A stretch of 64,000 nt of DNA from Candidatus Poribacteria bacterium (GCA_046582655.1 JAYGDX010000063.1:32001-96000), one strand, 5' to 3'; positions 30,501-40,750 are shown, counted from the stretch's first letter. Notes: a model not told the origin generated them from the sequence alone. Made by a program: numbers and translations.

Positions 30501-33500
30501 ACACCCGGAATTTTGGATCGACTTGTTCTTAACCCTCCTTATCTTTCTATGCAAGTCGGTGAAAGCTATAATTTATCAATATCCGGCTTTGACGCATCAG
30601 GAAATTCCGTTCCTGTCGATCAACATCAATTGACATGGTCAATTAATCCCCAAGCTATCATCATTGATCAGAATGGGCAGTTAACAGCAAAGGCTGCAAA
30701 AACAACAAAGGTTAAGGCAGAAATAGGCGACCGCAACGCAATTACACAAATCTTTATCAAACCTGATCCAACACCTAGCTTAGTAAATTTCACGCCTGTG
30801 GCGACAATGACGGTTGCTATCCCCAGCGTCCCGACCATGAAGTTTTCGATGCCGCCCAATCCGAATCTAAAAACCGAAAAGTTGATTATCATTCCTCAGG
30901 AACCAATAGAACTGCAAGTCGGTGACACACAAGATTTTCATGTGATCGCGATCTTTTGGAATGCAGAATTAACAAAAAAAGAAATTCATCCAATTCCCGC
31001 TTTTTGGCAGGTTTCAACCGGATTAGGAACCATAGACGCCAACGGACGTTTTGTTGCCCGCAGCCCTGGGGCCGGCGAAGTCCGAGCAACAAATGGAAGC
31101 ATGAGTGTCACTCAATTAATGGCAGTTAAAGCCGATAGAATATTTCTAAATAGATCTATACCGATAGCCTCGCACATTGTCAGCTGGAAAGTTACCGGTG
31201 ACAGTACTGTACGTGCGGGAGATCAATTGCAACTGGCAGCGTTTGGCCAAACAGCTAGTGGAAAGGTTCAATACATCCGCCCAACTTATGAAATATTCGC
31301 AGGGAAAAACATCGGGCACATTTCAACAGACGGAATCTTCTATGCCAACCAAACTGGAATAGGACGAATTATCGCACAGATACCTGGGAATCCCGTTCTA
31401 CCATCTCAACGCATTTCAATCGAAGTTGTGCCAAATCGTCCAATCTTTGCCCAACTCGAACCTAACCAAGTTATCAATAAAGGAAATGAAACTGATAATA
31501 CCCAATTTAGGCTGATAGCGTTTGATCTATATGGAAACCGCACTAAATTGCCTGAAATACCGGTAGCTTGGGATGTCATTGGAGACGTAGGTATCATTTC
31601 GACTAGTGGTGTTTTTAGTCCCAAAACAGATATCAATCTCGACCAAGTAGGAGAAGTGATTGCAACCATTGATGAAGCGAACTTAGTAGCTAGAGCACAG
31701 ATCCGACATTATGTATCTACAAATCAAGTAGTTCAAGTTCAAGTTGAACCGGATAAAATCAACTTATTCCCCGGCGCAAGTTTCCAATTCCATTTGATCA
31801 CCCAAGACCTTAAGAAACACCTAGTCGAAACAAAACCAGTATGGAAAATAATCGGCGAAGGGCTGATCAGTGATGATGGTTGGCTAACAGTTAATCAAGA
31901 TGCCGCAATTGGCAAAACTATTCAAGTCATTGGCATAGGAAGTGGGCCTAACTGGAAGTATTCATCTACAGCGCAAGTTACCGTAAAAGCCATGCCGCTT
32001 GCAAGATTGGAGATTCAGAACCTTGATAACAAGTTCGAAGCTGATATTAAAGACGTCATTCGATTTAAAGCTTTAGGTTTTGATAAAAACAACAATTCGG
32101 TCATAGTAACTCCGAAATGGTCTGTTCATCCAGCACTCGGCAATTTTGAAATCAAAGATGACCTTGTCAAGTTTTCGCCGACTTCCGTCGGGAATTTCCA
32201 AATTCAGGCTCTAGAGAAGGGTATTGCCAGTATTGTTGATATTCATATTCTCTCTTCGGAAGTGGGTGGTAGTCTTCGAATTGAGTTCAGAAGTTCAAGT
32301 TCACATCAACCGATTAAAGGGCTTGGAACGACTGAAGATCCGGTGCTTCTGAAGGCTGGAGCGAAACTTCTCCTCGTTGCCTTAATGGACGAGGAGGTTA
32401 TTAAGGCCAACTGGAAAGTGGGCGGTCAAGGGGACGTTTACTCCACAAGGGAAAATGTATCCTGGTTCCGTTCAACTATAGTAGACCACAGTCTAATAGA
32501 AATTATCACTTCAACCGGTAATATCTCCACATCAATTTTTGTTCGTATTGTTAACGAGGATCTTGCCATGTTACGCCTGATTCCGGAGACAACTTCGATC
32601 TTGCTAGATTCAAGTGGTATATTACAACCGAGGCAATTCACGTACATTGGCCTTGATTCTTATGGAAATATAATCCCTGACAATAAGCTAAATTCACCGA
32701 ATTGGTCGATAGAAGGTAAAATTGGTGAGATCACCAACTCAGGAGTTTTTACACCTATTAAAACCAACTCCAATACATCGGTCACTGGGTTGGTTATAGC
32801 TAGTATTAATGGGATTATAGGCAACGCAAACGTCATAATTCTCTCCGAGATTGGAGATTTGGCTTTTCTCGAGGCTATACCATCAGCGAAACAAGTATCA
32901 GCTGGAAATTCAATCCAGATCTCATTGGTTGGAAGAGACGCTCAAGGAAACCGACTACCGAAAATCAATCAAAATCTAACAATAGTAACTATCCCAGAAA
33001 TCGGACGTGTAGAAAAGGTGAAAAAGGCCTGGACATATCACGCACCCGAAACACTGCCAGCCGATCGCATGATAAATATATTGGCAAAATCCGATAACAA
33101 TATATCCTCACCCAAGATTGAAATTGAATTATTGACAGGCTATTTTGCTGATATAGACCTAGAGCCAAGAAGTTTAACGCTACGTGCAGGTGAAACGCAA
33201 AACTTCGAATTAACCGCATTCGATGTCTTCGGAAATATCATTGATCTATCAGTCCTAACCGATCAACCAAAGTGGATGTTATCAAAACCAATCGGCGAGA
33301 TATCGCAAACTGGGACTTATACAGCTACTCAGATCGGTACCATCCAAGTCACGATTAAATCTGGTAGGGTTGAAGCCAGCGCAGAAGTCACTGTTACAGC
33401 TGGTAACATTACTTCGCTGCAAATTGTTCCTGACAATTTGGTTATCTCTGCCGGTGAAGTAGCTGAATTTCAGCTTCTCGGTTTTGATAGGTATAGAAAT

Positions 33501-34673
33501 CATGTTACAGATTTTTTGGCTGATTGGCAGGTTACTGGATTCAAGCAACCTAAAAACTTGTCAGCAGTTAACCAACAAACCTTTTTGTGGAAAGCAACAA
33601 CAGTAAGTGAGGGTAAAATCATGGCTACCCTAAACGGCAATCTCAAAAGTATAGCAGAAGTAAAGGTCATTCCCGGAGAACTTGATAGGCTCAATATTCG
33701 CATTCATAATGAGGGGGCCTCACTTGAACCACCATATACTTTTATCTCCGGCGGTAGATCTCAACTTTCTGCCATTGGATACGATGCATTCAAAAATGAA
33801 ATTGACGTTCAACCGGTGTGGAGACTACTTGGGAATTTAGGTCGCATAACTAGAGATGCGACATTTGCAGCAACCTTTGTTGGACGAGGAAAAATCATGG
33901 CTGCAACGGGGAGTGTCAGCACATCCGTACCAATTGAAGTCACATCAATTTCCAAGACAATTGGTGACTCCGGTGGTAGACTTGAGAGCCCTGCCGGACT
34001 TGCTATTGACATACCGCGAGAGTCGTTTGACAACGCACATACGATTGAGGTTGCAGTAGTACAATCACCAGGTGCGACGATGAACGCACAACGCGCATCA
34101 AGCGTTATTGATATACGACCTGCTGAAGTAACACTCAAGAAATCAGCGAAGATCACTTTCCATTATAATCGTATAATTGATACAGAGTTTGATCCGTCAA
34201 AACTCCATTTCCATTTCTGGGACTCCTTCCAAGAAACATGGGTTTGGGTTAGTAGTTACACTGATCTAGGCATGCAAACTGTTTTTGCCAACGTCAATCA
34301 TTTTGGTGTTTTCGCTATAATGGAAGTAGATCAGAAAATAGATTGGGCGAGCAAGTTCCAAATCGACAAGGTTGAGATCAATCCACCTATTTATTACTCA
34401 CCGGAAACGAATCGTTTGGCAATTACATATTTCATTAATACTCCTAAAAATGGTATTGTAAAAGTCACAATTGAGATTTTTGATATGATTGATCAGCATG
34501 TCAAAACTTTACTCGATAAGGCTGAGCGTTGGAAGGGAAGTAATGTAGAACAATGGGATGGCAGGAATGAAGAAGGTCAGCTTATCAAAAATGGACGGTA
34601 TATCGTTGTAATCATTGCTGAGATAGAAGATAAAGTAGCTATAGCAAAAAAGCTACTAGCTGTCTTGAAGTAA
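27513..34673 (+). CDS. Giant secreted Ig-like (BIG2/invasin-type) repeat protein with a ZU5-like domain and a C-terminal FlgD-Ig/CTD
   Basis: Signal peptide; many ~85-aa units (I.P....L..G....F.A.G.D..GN.....W.V.G.IG.I...G.F.A...G.G.I.A); IGDSGGRL...VNHFGVFA; WDGRNEEG...NGRY at the C-terminus. Confidence 0.85.
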   Translation: MIGHKPNLLAFTLFIVFFCNSIAKSELIITVLDQTGRPIFPVRVQIFPNELNPDNEVEPISPPSPRADGLIGFVTDSNGRVKADLTNGNYSIVASPDLDSGNIRQSFLIIKNVSAPGKATLFTNQAVPVTVSAIGKDPYVGSLGPLIAARVYFRASKRAVGYVGTLNNDGQLLTSISPGNYHIVIKGSIALHYVVLQNKQISEIQNTVTFDGSQTPTASLAFKLPENTVLVLNEVLSTNVSHEFIDIIENQIGYDAAYTDSFSLAFSDSSPTLQLIPDLIYQFNLSYIIDFNGELYAYELRVNDFQIDHPRTYTLGNSGNSPFKLQSSTPSQTYHPGDEVQVEFDIRDTLGNQLWRVFNYSGARLVFPFVVVQDPNGIVIASNQITNELPEDFFYFDFLLPLTTQPGVYRVDVSLDGKLYGKMNDYFHFSVIPKITSNPPIISDVSAPTEIQSNGTIQIAADIQGSSFNNISLKLSNRFGKTDFLPTGAHKDRYSWQIDPITYQSYGESINWQIAAINSHGLQSKKNGQITVVQADPLIISPSLSGDKIQLSIDEKQVDPVLIPVGSVQEFYIDGKNPIWNVSSGIGTIDQDGKFYSHTEAERFGQVSATLLVSSNELGRLVQASINIKLVPTGASQLSINPHPKIVLVAGDKREFQVTSADVFGNKIKMLINRIHWHVDGNIGEVTNNILFAQKIGNGRVTAIYENLTASIGIEVVVGDLKSIEILPETIKLRAGEVQKLKATAKDMRGNQVEVNPIWSVDGGLGIIRNNTFIAKNAGEGKISATIFNLMVAIRAIVIPNNLHNITIDPFISYLPVSNDKMTYTYKFVAQGWDVAGNPVSIQNNRWVVDTAAGVINPDGLMTSINQANSQTLGHIVINGTIWSYGQTINGQEAAAGKGVVVIQSSVPGPAQSLAITLNNFDQIIGRYTIAVGKSQNFEAIGLDRKNQRTQILPRWSVNGDIGIINPSGNFTATRLGIGTIIATNVGLTTQVQVKVTPGILDRLVLNPPYLSMQVGESYNLSISGFDASGNSVPVDQHQLTWSINPQAIIIDQNGQLTAKAAKTTKVKAEIGDRNAITQIFIKPDPTPSLVNFTPVATMTVAIPSVPTMKFSMPPNPNLKTEKLIIIPQEPIELQVGDTQDFHVIAIFWNAELTKKEIHPIPAFWQVSTGLGTIDANGRFVARSPGAGEVRATNGSMSVTQLMAVKADRIFLNRSIPIASHIVSWKVTGDSTVRAGDQLQLAAFGQTASGKVQYIRPTYEIFAGKNIGHISTDGIFYANQTGIGRIIAQIPGNPVLPSQRISIEVVPNRPIFAQLEPNQVINKGNETDNTQFRLIAFDLYGNRTKLPEIPVAWDVIGDVGIISTSGVFSPKTDINLDQVGEVIATIDEANLVARAQIRHYVSTNQVVQVQVEPDKINLFPGASFQFHLITQDLKKHLVETKPVWKIIGEGLISDDGWLTVNQDAAIGKTIQVIGIGSGPNWKYSSTAQVTVKAMPLARLEIQNLDNKFEADIKDVIRFKALGFDKNNNSVIVTPKWSVHPALGNFEIKDDLVKFSPTSVGNFQIQALEKGIASIVDIHILSSEVGGSLRIEFRSSSSHQPIKGLGTTEDPVLLKAGAKLLLVALMDEEVIKANWKVGGQGDVYSTRENVSWFRSTIVDHSLIEIITSTGNISTSIFVRIVNEDLAMLRLIPETTSILLDSSGILQPRQFTYIGLDSYGNIIPDNKLNSPNWSIEGKIGEITNSGVFTPIKTNSNTSVTGLVIASINGIIGNANVIILSEIGDLAFLEAIPSAKQVSAGNSIQISLVGRDAQGNRLPKINQNLTIVTIPEIGRVEKVKKAWTYHAPETLPADRMINILAKSDNNISSPKIEIELLTGYFADIDLEPRSLTLRAGETQNFELTAFDVFGNIIDLSVLTDQPKWMLSKPIGEISQTGTYTATQIGTIQVTIKSGRVEASAEVTVTAGNITSLQIVPDNLVISAGEVAEFQLLGFDRYRNHVTDFLADWQVTGFKQPKNLSAVNQQTFLWKATTVSEGKIMATLNGNLKSIAEVKVIPGELDRLNIRIHNEGASLEPPYTFISGGRSQLSAIGYDAFKNEIDVQPVWRLLGNLGRITRDATFAATFVGRGKIMAATGSVSTSVPIEVTSISKTIGDSGGRLESPAGLAIDIPRESFDNAHTIEVAVVQSPGATMNAQRASSVIDIRPAEVTLKKSAKITFHYNRIIDTEFDPSKLHFHFWDSFQETWVWVSSYTDLGMQTVFANVNHFGVFAIMEVDQKIDWASKFQIDKVEINPPIYYSPETNRLAITYFINTPKNGIVKVTIEIFDMIDQHVKTLLDKAERWKGSNVEQWDGRNEEGQLIKNGRYIVVIIAEIEDKVAIAKKLLAVLK

Positions 34674-34675
34674 AA

Positions 34676-37600
34676 CTAACGCAGAACAGCCAACCGCTCA
34701 ATTTTTTCAAGGTACTGATTCCTAATCTGAATCCTGACTTTGTAAAAGTAAGTACCATTAGCGAGCCGTATACCATCTTCGTCTCGGACGTTCCAGTATT
34801 GTTCATTATAGCCACGTTTAGCCGATGCATCAGAAATTGTACGAATTAAACGACCACTAACAGTATAAATTTTTACCTCCACTGAATAGGGAGCTTGCGT
34901 CAATTCATAGGTGAAAAAGGTTTGATTTTTGATCGGATTTGGTATATTGAGTATCCTGCTAACTTTAATAGGTTCATCAATCTGAAAGTGAATGGCAGGT
35001 GATTCTGCGAGGTTTCCGCTTTTGTCTTGGACTGTAGCACGAATTTGATAGTCAGCGTTTGGTATATCCGGTGCAAAATGCATATTCGCTTGTGTTGGAA
35101 TGGTCGGATCAAAGATAATATCAAAACTTTTGAGAGTGAGTTCTTCAAGTTGACTTCCCTCAACACCAAAGAAAAGTTTCATCGTTTTTGATTCGATACC
35201 CTTGTCATCATTAATTTCTATATCAAACTTCGGTTGTTCCCGCAGCACCATCCCATCTACAAAGTGGACATCATTAACATACATATCTATTTTCGGTGGG
35301 TAAAGATCTGGATTCTCATCAACGTGATATAAAAATTCCGTAAAATCCCCGCCGAGCTTATTTCCATTCAGATCCTTTATCCGAATACGGAATAGATAGC
35401 GTCCAATAAACAAGATCGGCTCGTATTCAATTGAAATGATAGCCGGATTGTCTTTATTAGCAATCTTGAAATCGTTAACCTCAGCAAACGGCCCCTCGTC
35501 CTTGCTAAGTTGGATTGAAAAGGAATCAACATCAATTCCATTCACATCTTGCAGCAACATCGAGATCTCTGGGCGTGGTTCGATTTGACTCTCCGGTTCC
35601 TTTTCCTCGCCATCTACCCACAAATTTATTTTCGGCGGTACTTTATCTGTATTATACGACAATGTAAGCGGTGCCAGTTCGGTCACTTCGGTTGATATCA
35701 CTCCAACCATAGAAGTGCTAAACTTCATTTTATCACCAAGTTGGAACGGTTTATCTCCTGAATTGACAAGTAAGTCAATACCTATAGCCTTCAAAACAAG
35801 CGGCTGATTGACTCTACCAACAACTGGACTACCATGCAGATACCGAATAGGTGTGTTAAGACTGTCATGTATTTCAAACCGATCATGCTGAGTGAAAAAA
35901 ATCAGCCAATCTCCGGAACGAAATTCCTCAGGATAGTCCTTGCTAACATTTGCGTATCCTATACCATTACCAGCATTCTCTTTACGTAATGAATTGACTT
36001 GCACTTGTCCATTGGTGTTAACTTCAGTTTCAAAAACAAGAATATCTCCAAATTCAAATTCCTGGCCGCTGCCAACATCATTAATACTCAGTTCAAGACC
36101 AAGGATCTCGTCTTTGAAGGTCCTATTAACATATCCATTTTGTCCAAGTTTCTCGATAATATTTGATCCCTTCGGCCTAATTAAGACCTCATACGAATGC
36201 CTATTTAAGAAGAGGACCACCCACTGACCAATTGGCGTTAGGTTTGGATCTATGTGAATTTGTGACTTACTTGCCTTGGACAAATTTTGGTTGTCTGCTC
36301 GTGCGGGCGTAACAAATTTCTCCCTAAAAACAGGGAAATTCCCGTGTTCGTCTGGGATCTCGGTATCTCGTTTTATTCTAGAATCTATGCGTTGCCATGC
36401 TTTAATATCCGCCTTCCACCTGTACACAGAAATAGATTCCACTTCCCGATTTAGCGCGGCCTTAAACTCCTCATAATGATCAGCCATGTCGGGATACCAT
36501 CCATATTTGCTCCCAATTTTACTCTGGAGATTATCCAAGCTCAACAACAAATCAACTTGTGTAGGCTTAGTCAGGTATGCCTTATTAGACAGTAAATCAA
36601 TCTTGTAAGCACTATAACTCGAATCGGAGACAGCCTTAACCAAATTGATTAATCGAGGTGTTGGTGCAGGAAACAAACCTGGTTGGAACGATCTCGGTAG
36701 GATAACCCTATCAACAGATATTGAGATTGCAGGAACACCCGCCAGCGCATCAGCCTCAAAACTGGCTCTAAAAACGTGGTCTATACTCCGAGCTATTAAA
36801 GGTTCATTCGCCTTAAGGGTAAATTCGTTCACAATGAAAATTGCGAACGATCTGTTATCAAAAGAACGTGGTTCATCGAGTTTACCCGTGATAAAATCTT
36901 TGTGATCGTCTTCAGGGGCTTCCGGATCGGCAAAAACGTATATTTTGTGCAATCCGGTAGAGAGAGGTGTATTCAGCACCAAGACGGCCGTGGCTTCTTG
37001 GAGACTCCTTGTACCAGCTTTCCAATCATTCGGCAATATGTTTACATATCCTAACGTAGCAGCGTCCCGATCAATCTGCTGATCAGCATTCTTATCAGCG
37101 TCTCCTTCTGAAAACCAGACCTCAATTGCCGTATCAACAGGTCTACCGCCATCGTTAACAATGTCAGCAATTAATGTGTGTTTCCTAAGCTCGGTGGAGT
37201 AGCGGTAACGGATTGGTGCGATTTGATCGGCGGAGGATGCAACGGCGAGGTTTGCTCCTTCGGGAACCTCTACTATTTTGCGTTTTGAACTAATTGAATA
37301 GTTAGATACATCCTTAACATGGATTGTATACCGAACGACCCGCCCTCCTTTTGGCAGAGGGATCGGTTTTTCAACTCGATACCATGTTCCATTCCTTACT
37401 GTCGAACCAGGAGGATTTGGATCAGGAATCATTCGATAAGTGTTGTCTACGAAATTCTGGGTGTCACTCCAAACTACTTTTACAGATTCAATGCCATCTG
37501 CTCCTTTATTATCAACAATCTGAGCTTGAAGATCGAGTGTATTGGTAACAAGATGATCCATATTTTCGCGGATATCATAAATAATCGGCTGATGAATCCA

Positions 37601-40600
37601 AAAGCGACTGCCTCCAATTGCTGTGTAATCCTCGTTATATGCAATTGCACGAACAGCCCCTTCACCAAACGAAGTTCCTCTTGGGATTGAAATGCGAACA
37701 TCACCAAACTCTCCCTGCCAAACCGTAATATTGTCTCGTTCCCTGATGAATAGCTGATCCTTAGAACTGGCTGGAAAATTCGCAGACACCTTCATGTTCC
37801 CTGTGTTGAAACCGGTATCAATTTTGAAATCAAGTTCCCCTAACGGATTCAAGAGACCGCGACCGATTGAATTCCGCCGAACTATCAACTCTTTATCAGG
37901 ATCGACTACCAACTCTTGCAATTCAACATTAACTTTCAATTCCGGTATAGCAAGCCGTGTTGCGGGATCACCAAAGAGCGTGTACTGTTCCGCACCAGGA
38001 ATCCATCGCGTTGAAGCATTACTGATGAATCGAGTTTTAGCTGTAGCAATAATTGATCCTAGCGTCTTGTGGTTCTCGCTAAGCATGGCCTGGAAAAGTT
38101 CTATGTCAAATTCAGCGTTTGCACTACCGTAAGTGAGTCTGGTTGCACTTAGACAAGCGATAGCGCCATATTCACTAAATATAAACTGATCTACTAAACA
38201 ATACTGACCAAACTGAAGCGGTTTGTCAAATTGACCGTTAAGGCAGGTGGTGGCAAGAATAAATGGAAGATACTTGTTCCGAAGTGCTCGTGCATCTTCT
38301 ATCCGAAAGATAGCCTCATCTGCCCAGGTCTGGGTACTGCCGTGTCCAGCGTACTCAAGAACAAGCACTCCTTCGTTGATTGAATCCATAATAATCTTAT
38401 TCGTTCGCAATGGACTTACAATCTCCCGAAGATAAACCTTTTTAGTATCATATGAAACAGGGATTACGTTCTGAATTAGATCTTCGCGAGTCTTTTCGAA
38501 GATGTCATCTTGCCCTGGATTATCGATTTCGTTGTCAGCAACCTCAACTATTCTTCCCTGCCATGGCCCACGTTTCAAATTCTTCTCGTAATTAATAATC
38601 TTCTTAACGACCTCGTCCAGTTCGTGTGGGTATTGTACGGCCAAACGGCCTATATACATATCCGGCAATGAATCCTCACCGCTTAGCAGAACAAAACGAT
38701 GGTCCATTGAAGTCTCACCACTTTCCGGAGACCAGCCGTGAAAAGTTGGTACAAAGATAGGATAAAGATTATATTTAGTATTGTAGTCCCTACGATAGAC
38801 TTCAACGATTGATCTCTTGTAATCCCAGTGAGCGTCCCCAACTAATAGCACAAACGCAGGAGCAGGCTTTCGCCAGTTTACATACGCATATCGCAAAAAC
38901 TTCTGAATTGCATGTGGATTGAATAAGCCATGGCTGAATTGATCATATACTATATCAATATCCACGATTTTAACTTTCATTCCTTGGGATTCACGATATT
39001 TGACTAAGGGCTGAATGCTGTCGAAAAAATTGCTGTGACTAATAACAATGTAATCCGCTTGGTTAGTTGGATTCTTTAAGTCCGAAGGTTTTGCCTGCAC
39101 CAACTCGCCAATATAAGAATAAGCAGCACGATCTATCGCGAAATAGGCTGTAGGTTGACCAACCCGGTCTTCAAAAATAACACGGTAATTGTTTCCCTGA
39201 AGTTCGTCAATCCACATATTATGGAGTTTTGCGCTTAAACTACCTTTTCGAATTTGGTATAAATCAATTTCTTCTCCGGGAAAACCATCAATCTGAAATC
39301 TGGTTGTTCCTCCAATAGTCCGAGGTTCGGTCTCAGAATTAAACTCGAGTCTTCCTTGATGGGCTCTAAAAGCATGCCAGTAATCAAGCTCAAACCAATC
39401 CAGATAAAAGTCTACCTTACTTAGCGGAGTATGGTTATTATCTCCAGCAAGAACGTTTAAGAAGTTTGGTGAATCGTGATGCAAAATGGAGTTTTGATCG
39501 AATTGACGAATTAAAAGCGGGGCGCCCTGTTTTCGCCACTCAACGGGTGGTGCCAAGCTCTTTCCACTCAATCGTATCCATGCTCGATGAGAGGCGTTAC
39601 TTCTGGTAGATATCCCTTGAAACTTAATCCGTAACTCAGCATGCCTAGAAATCTTGGTCCGGGGAATAGCATACGGTAAATCAATTCGAATGTTTTTTTC
39701 ACGCGCTTTTGGATTCTCACCACCAGTGAAGCGCATCCAAAAATAGTGATCTATGAACTCAGATTTCACCTCTACAAGTGGATCGTGAAAATAATCTTTC
39801 TCAAAATGTTCAACTTTTTTAAATGCTATTGGCACTTTGGCGTTCTTATCCTTGGGTGCTACGTCAATCAAATCTATTGGGATTGATGGATCATCACTAT
39901 TCCAACTCAACCAGTAAACGTTTTCATCAGTAAACTTATTGTTAATAAGCTTCTGCGCATAGAACACAATGCCATCTCTACCATCAAGATGACCATTATG
40001 ATTTTGATCAATCGCATGCGCACCAATTTTAAGCCCACGATTCTCGATTCTGATCGTTCTTAGATCCACAGTTCTCAGGTCAATACCAATATTACTTAGG
40101 TCGGAAGGTAAAATTTTATAGAGTCCTGTTTTTTTAATCATGACTTTGTATCTTGGAGATTCAACTGATGGCCTCGCTGGAGCTGCATGGATAGGTTGCG
40201 GCACGATACGCCAATTCAAGGCTTGGTAATAATTAAGTAAATTTGATCGGAAAAAATCTTCAAAATGGGGAGATTTTCTATCAGTGATGCGAATAATTGA
40301 GGGCGAATCGAAATCGATCCGGAACTGCAAGATTTCGTAGATTTGACTCGCATGAAATGGTCGAACCTCAATCTGTGCAATATGTTGATCGCGAATCATT
40401 CCAACCGGAGTAACACTCACAGCAGTCAATGAGGAAGTAGCGTTAGTGTCAGATGAACCAACCAATTTTAAGGAAGTAACTGTTACTTTCGGATTAGATC
40501 CAACCGGAGTACCGATGAGCTGCGAGAATGAAACTTGCTGATCGGATTTTGGGAGCCGAAACTCAACCGTCAAGGTATTAGAGTCAGAATGAAGTAATTG

Positions 40601-40705
40601 AAATGATGGAGCAGCATGGAGTAAACTGGAAATTAAAAAAAAGTAACAGAACCAAATCTGGACAGAGATAATCTGGAGAAAACGAAAGGGACGCACCCTA
40701 ATCAT
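34676..40705 (-). CDS. Peptidase C25 (gingipain/PorU-like) multidomain secreted protein with a C-terminal FlgD-Ig/CTD
   Basis: Propeptide-like N-terminus; ADYIVISH, VYDQFSHG, FVLLVGDA, DMYIGRL, YAGHGS (His), TTCLNGQFD (Cys), YTLFGDPA; CARDB/Ig-like modules; NIPNP...KIYTVSGRLIRT...LANGTYFYKV. Confidence 0.9.
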   Translation of the reverse strand: MIRVRPFRFLQIISVQIWFCYFFLISSLLHAAPSFQLLHSDSNTLTVEFRLPKSDQQVSFSQLIGTPVGSNPKVTVTSLKLVGSSDTNATSSLTAVSVTPVGMIRDQHIAQIEVRPFHASQIYEILQFRIDFDSPSIIRITDRKSPHFEDFFRSNLLNYYQALNWRIVPQPIHAAPARPSVESPRYKVMIKKTGLYKILPSDLSNIGIDLRTVDLRTIRIENRGLKIGAHAIDQNHNGHLDGRDGIVFYAQKLINNKFTDENVYWLSWNSDDPSIPIDLIDVAPKDKNAKVPIAFKKVEHFEKDYFHDPLVEVKSEFIDHYFWMRFTGGENPKAREKNIRIDLPYAIPRTKISRHAELRIKFQGISTRSNASHRAWIRLSGKSLAPPVEWRKQGAPLLIRQFDQNSILHHDSPNFLNVLAGDNNHTPLSKVDFYLDWFELDYWHAFRAHQGRLEFNSETEPRTIGGTTRFQIDGFPGEEIDLYQIRKGSLSAKLHNMWIDELQGNNYRVIFEDRVGQPTAYFAIDRAAYSYIGELVQAKPSDLKNPTNQADYIVISHSNFFDSIQPLVKYRESQGMKVKIVDIDIVYDQFSHGLFNPHAIQKFLRYAYVNWRKPAPAFVLLVGDAHWDYKRSIVEVYRRDYNTKYNLYPIFVPTFHGWSPESGETSMDHRFVLLSGEDSLPDMYIGRLAVQYPHELDEVVKKIINYEKNLKRGPWQGRIVEVADNEIDNPGQDDIFEKTREDLIQNVIPVSYDTKKVYLREIVSPLRTNKIIMDSINEGVLVLEYAGHGSTQTWADEAIFRIEDARALRNKYLPFILATTCLNGQFDKPLQFGQYCLVDQFIFSEYGAIACLSATRLTYGSANAEFDIELFQAMLSENHKTLGSIIATAKTRFISNASTRWIPGAEQYTLFGDPATRLAIPELKVNVELQELVVDPDKELIVRRNSIGRGLLNPLGELDFKIDTGFNTGNMKVSANFPASSKDQLFIRERDNITVWQGEFGDVRISIPRGTSFGEGAVRAIAYNEDYTAIGGSRFWIHQPIIYDIRENMDHLVTNTLDLQAQIVDNKGADGIESVKVVWSDTQNFVDNTYRMIPDPNPPGSTVRNGTWYRVEKPIPLPKGGRVVRYTIHVKDVSNYSISSKRKIVEVPEGANLAVASSADQIAPIRYRYSTELRKHTLIADIVNDGGRPVDTAIEVWFSEGDADKNADQQIDRDAATLGYVNILPNDWKAGTRSLQEATAVLVLNTPLSTGLHKIYVFADPEAPEDDHKDFITGKLDEPRSFDNRSFAIFIVNEFTLKANEPLIARSIDHVFRASFEADALAGVPAISISVDRVILPRSFQPGLFPAPTPRLINLVKAVSDSSYSAYKIDLLSNKAYLTKPTQVDLLLSLDNLQSKIGSKYGWYPDMADHYEEFKAALNREVESISVYRWKADIKAWQRIDSRIKRDTEIPDEHGNFPVFREKFVTPARADNQNLSKASKSQIHIDPNLTPIGQWVVLFLNRHSYEVLIRPKGSNIIEKLGQNGYVNRTFKDEILGLELSINDVGSGQEFEFGDILVFETEVNTNGQVQVNSLRKENAGNGIGYANVSKDYPEEFRSGDWLIFFTQHDRFEIHDSLNTPIRYLHGSPVVGRVNQPLVLKAIGIDLLVNSGDKPFQLGDKMKFSTSMVGVISTEVTELAPLTLSYNTDKVPPKINLWVDGEEKEPESQIEPRPEISMLLQDVNGIDVDSFSIQLSKDEGPFAEVNDFKIANKDNPAIISIEYEPILFIGRYLFRIRIKDLNGNKLGGDFTEFLYHVDENPDLYPPKIDMYVNDVHFVDGMVLREQPKFDIEINDDKGIESKTMKLFFGVEGSQLEELTLKSFDIIFDPTIPTQANMHFAPDIPNADYQIRATVQDKSGNLAESPAIHFQIDEPIKVSRILNIPNPIKNQTFFTYELTQAPYSVEVKIYTVSGRLIRTISDASAKRGYNEQYWNVRDEDGIRLANGTYFYKVRIQIRNQYLEKIERLAVLR

Positions 40706-40750
40706 AGAATAACGCTAAGATTGAAAACTGGAGATGGGACCAACAATCGG

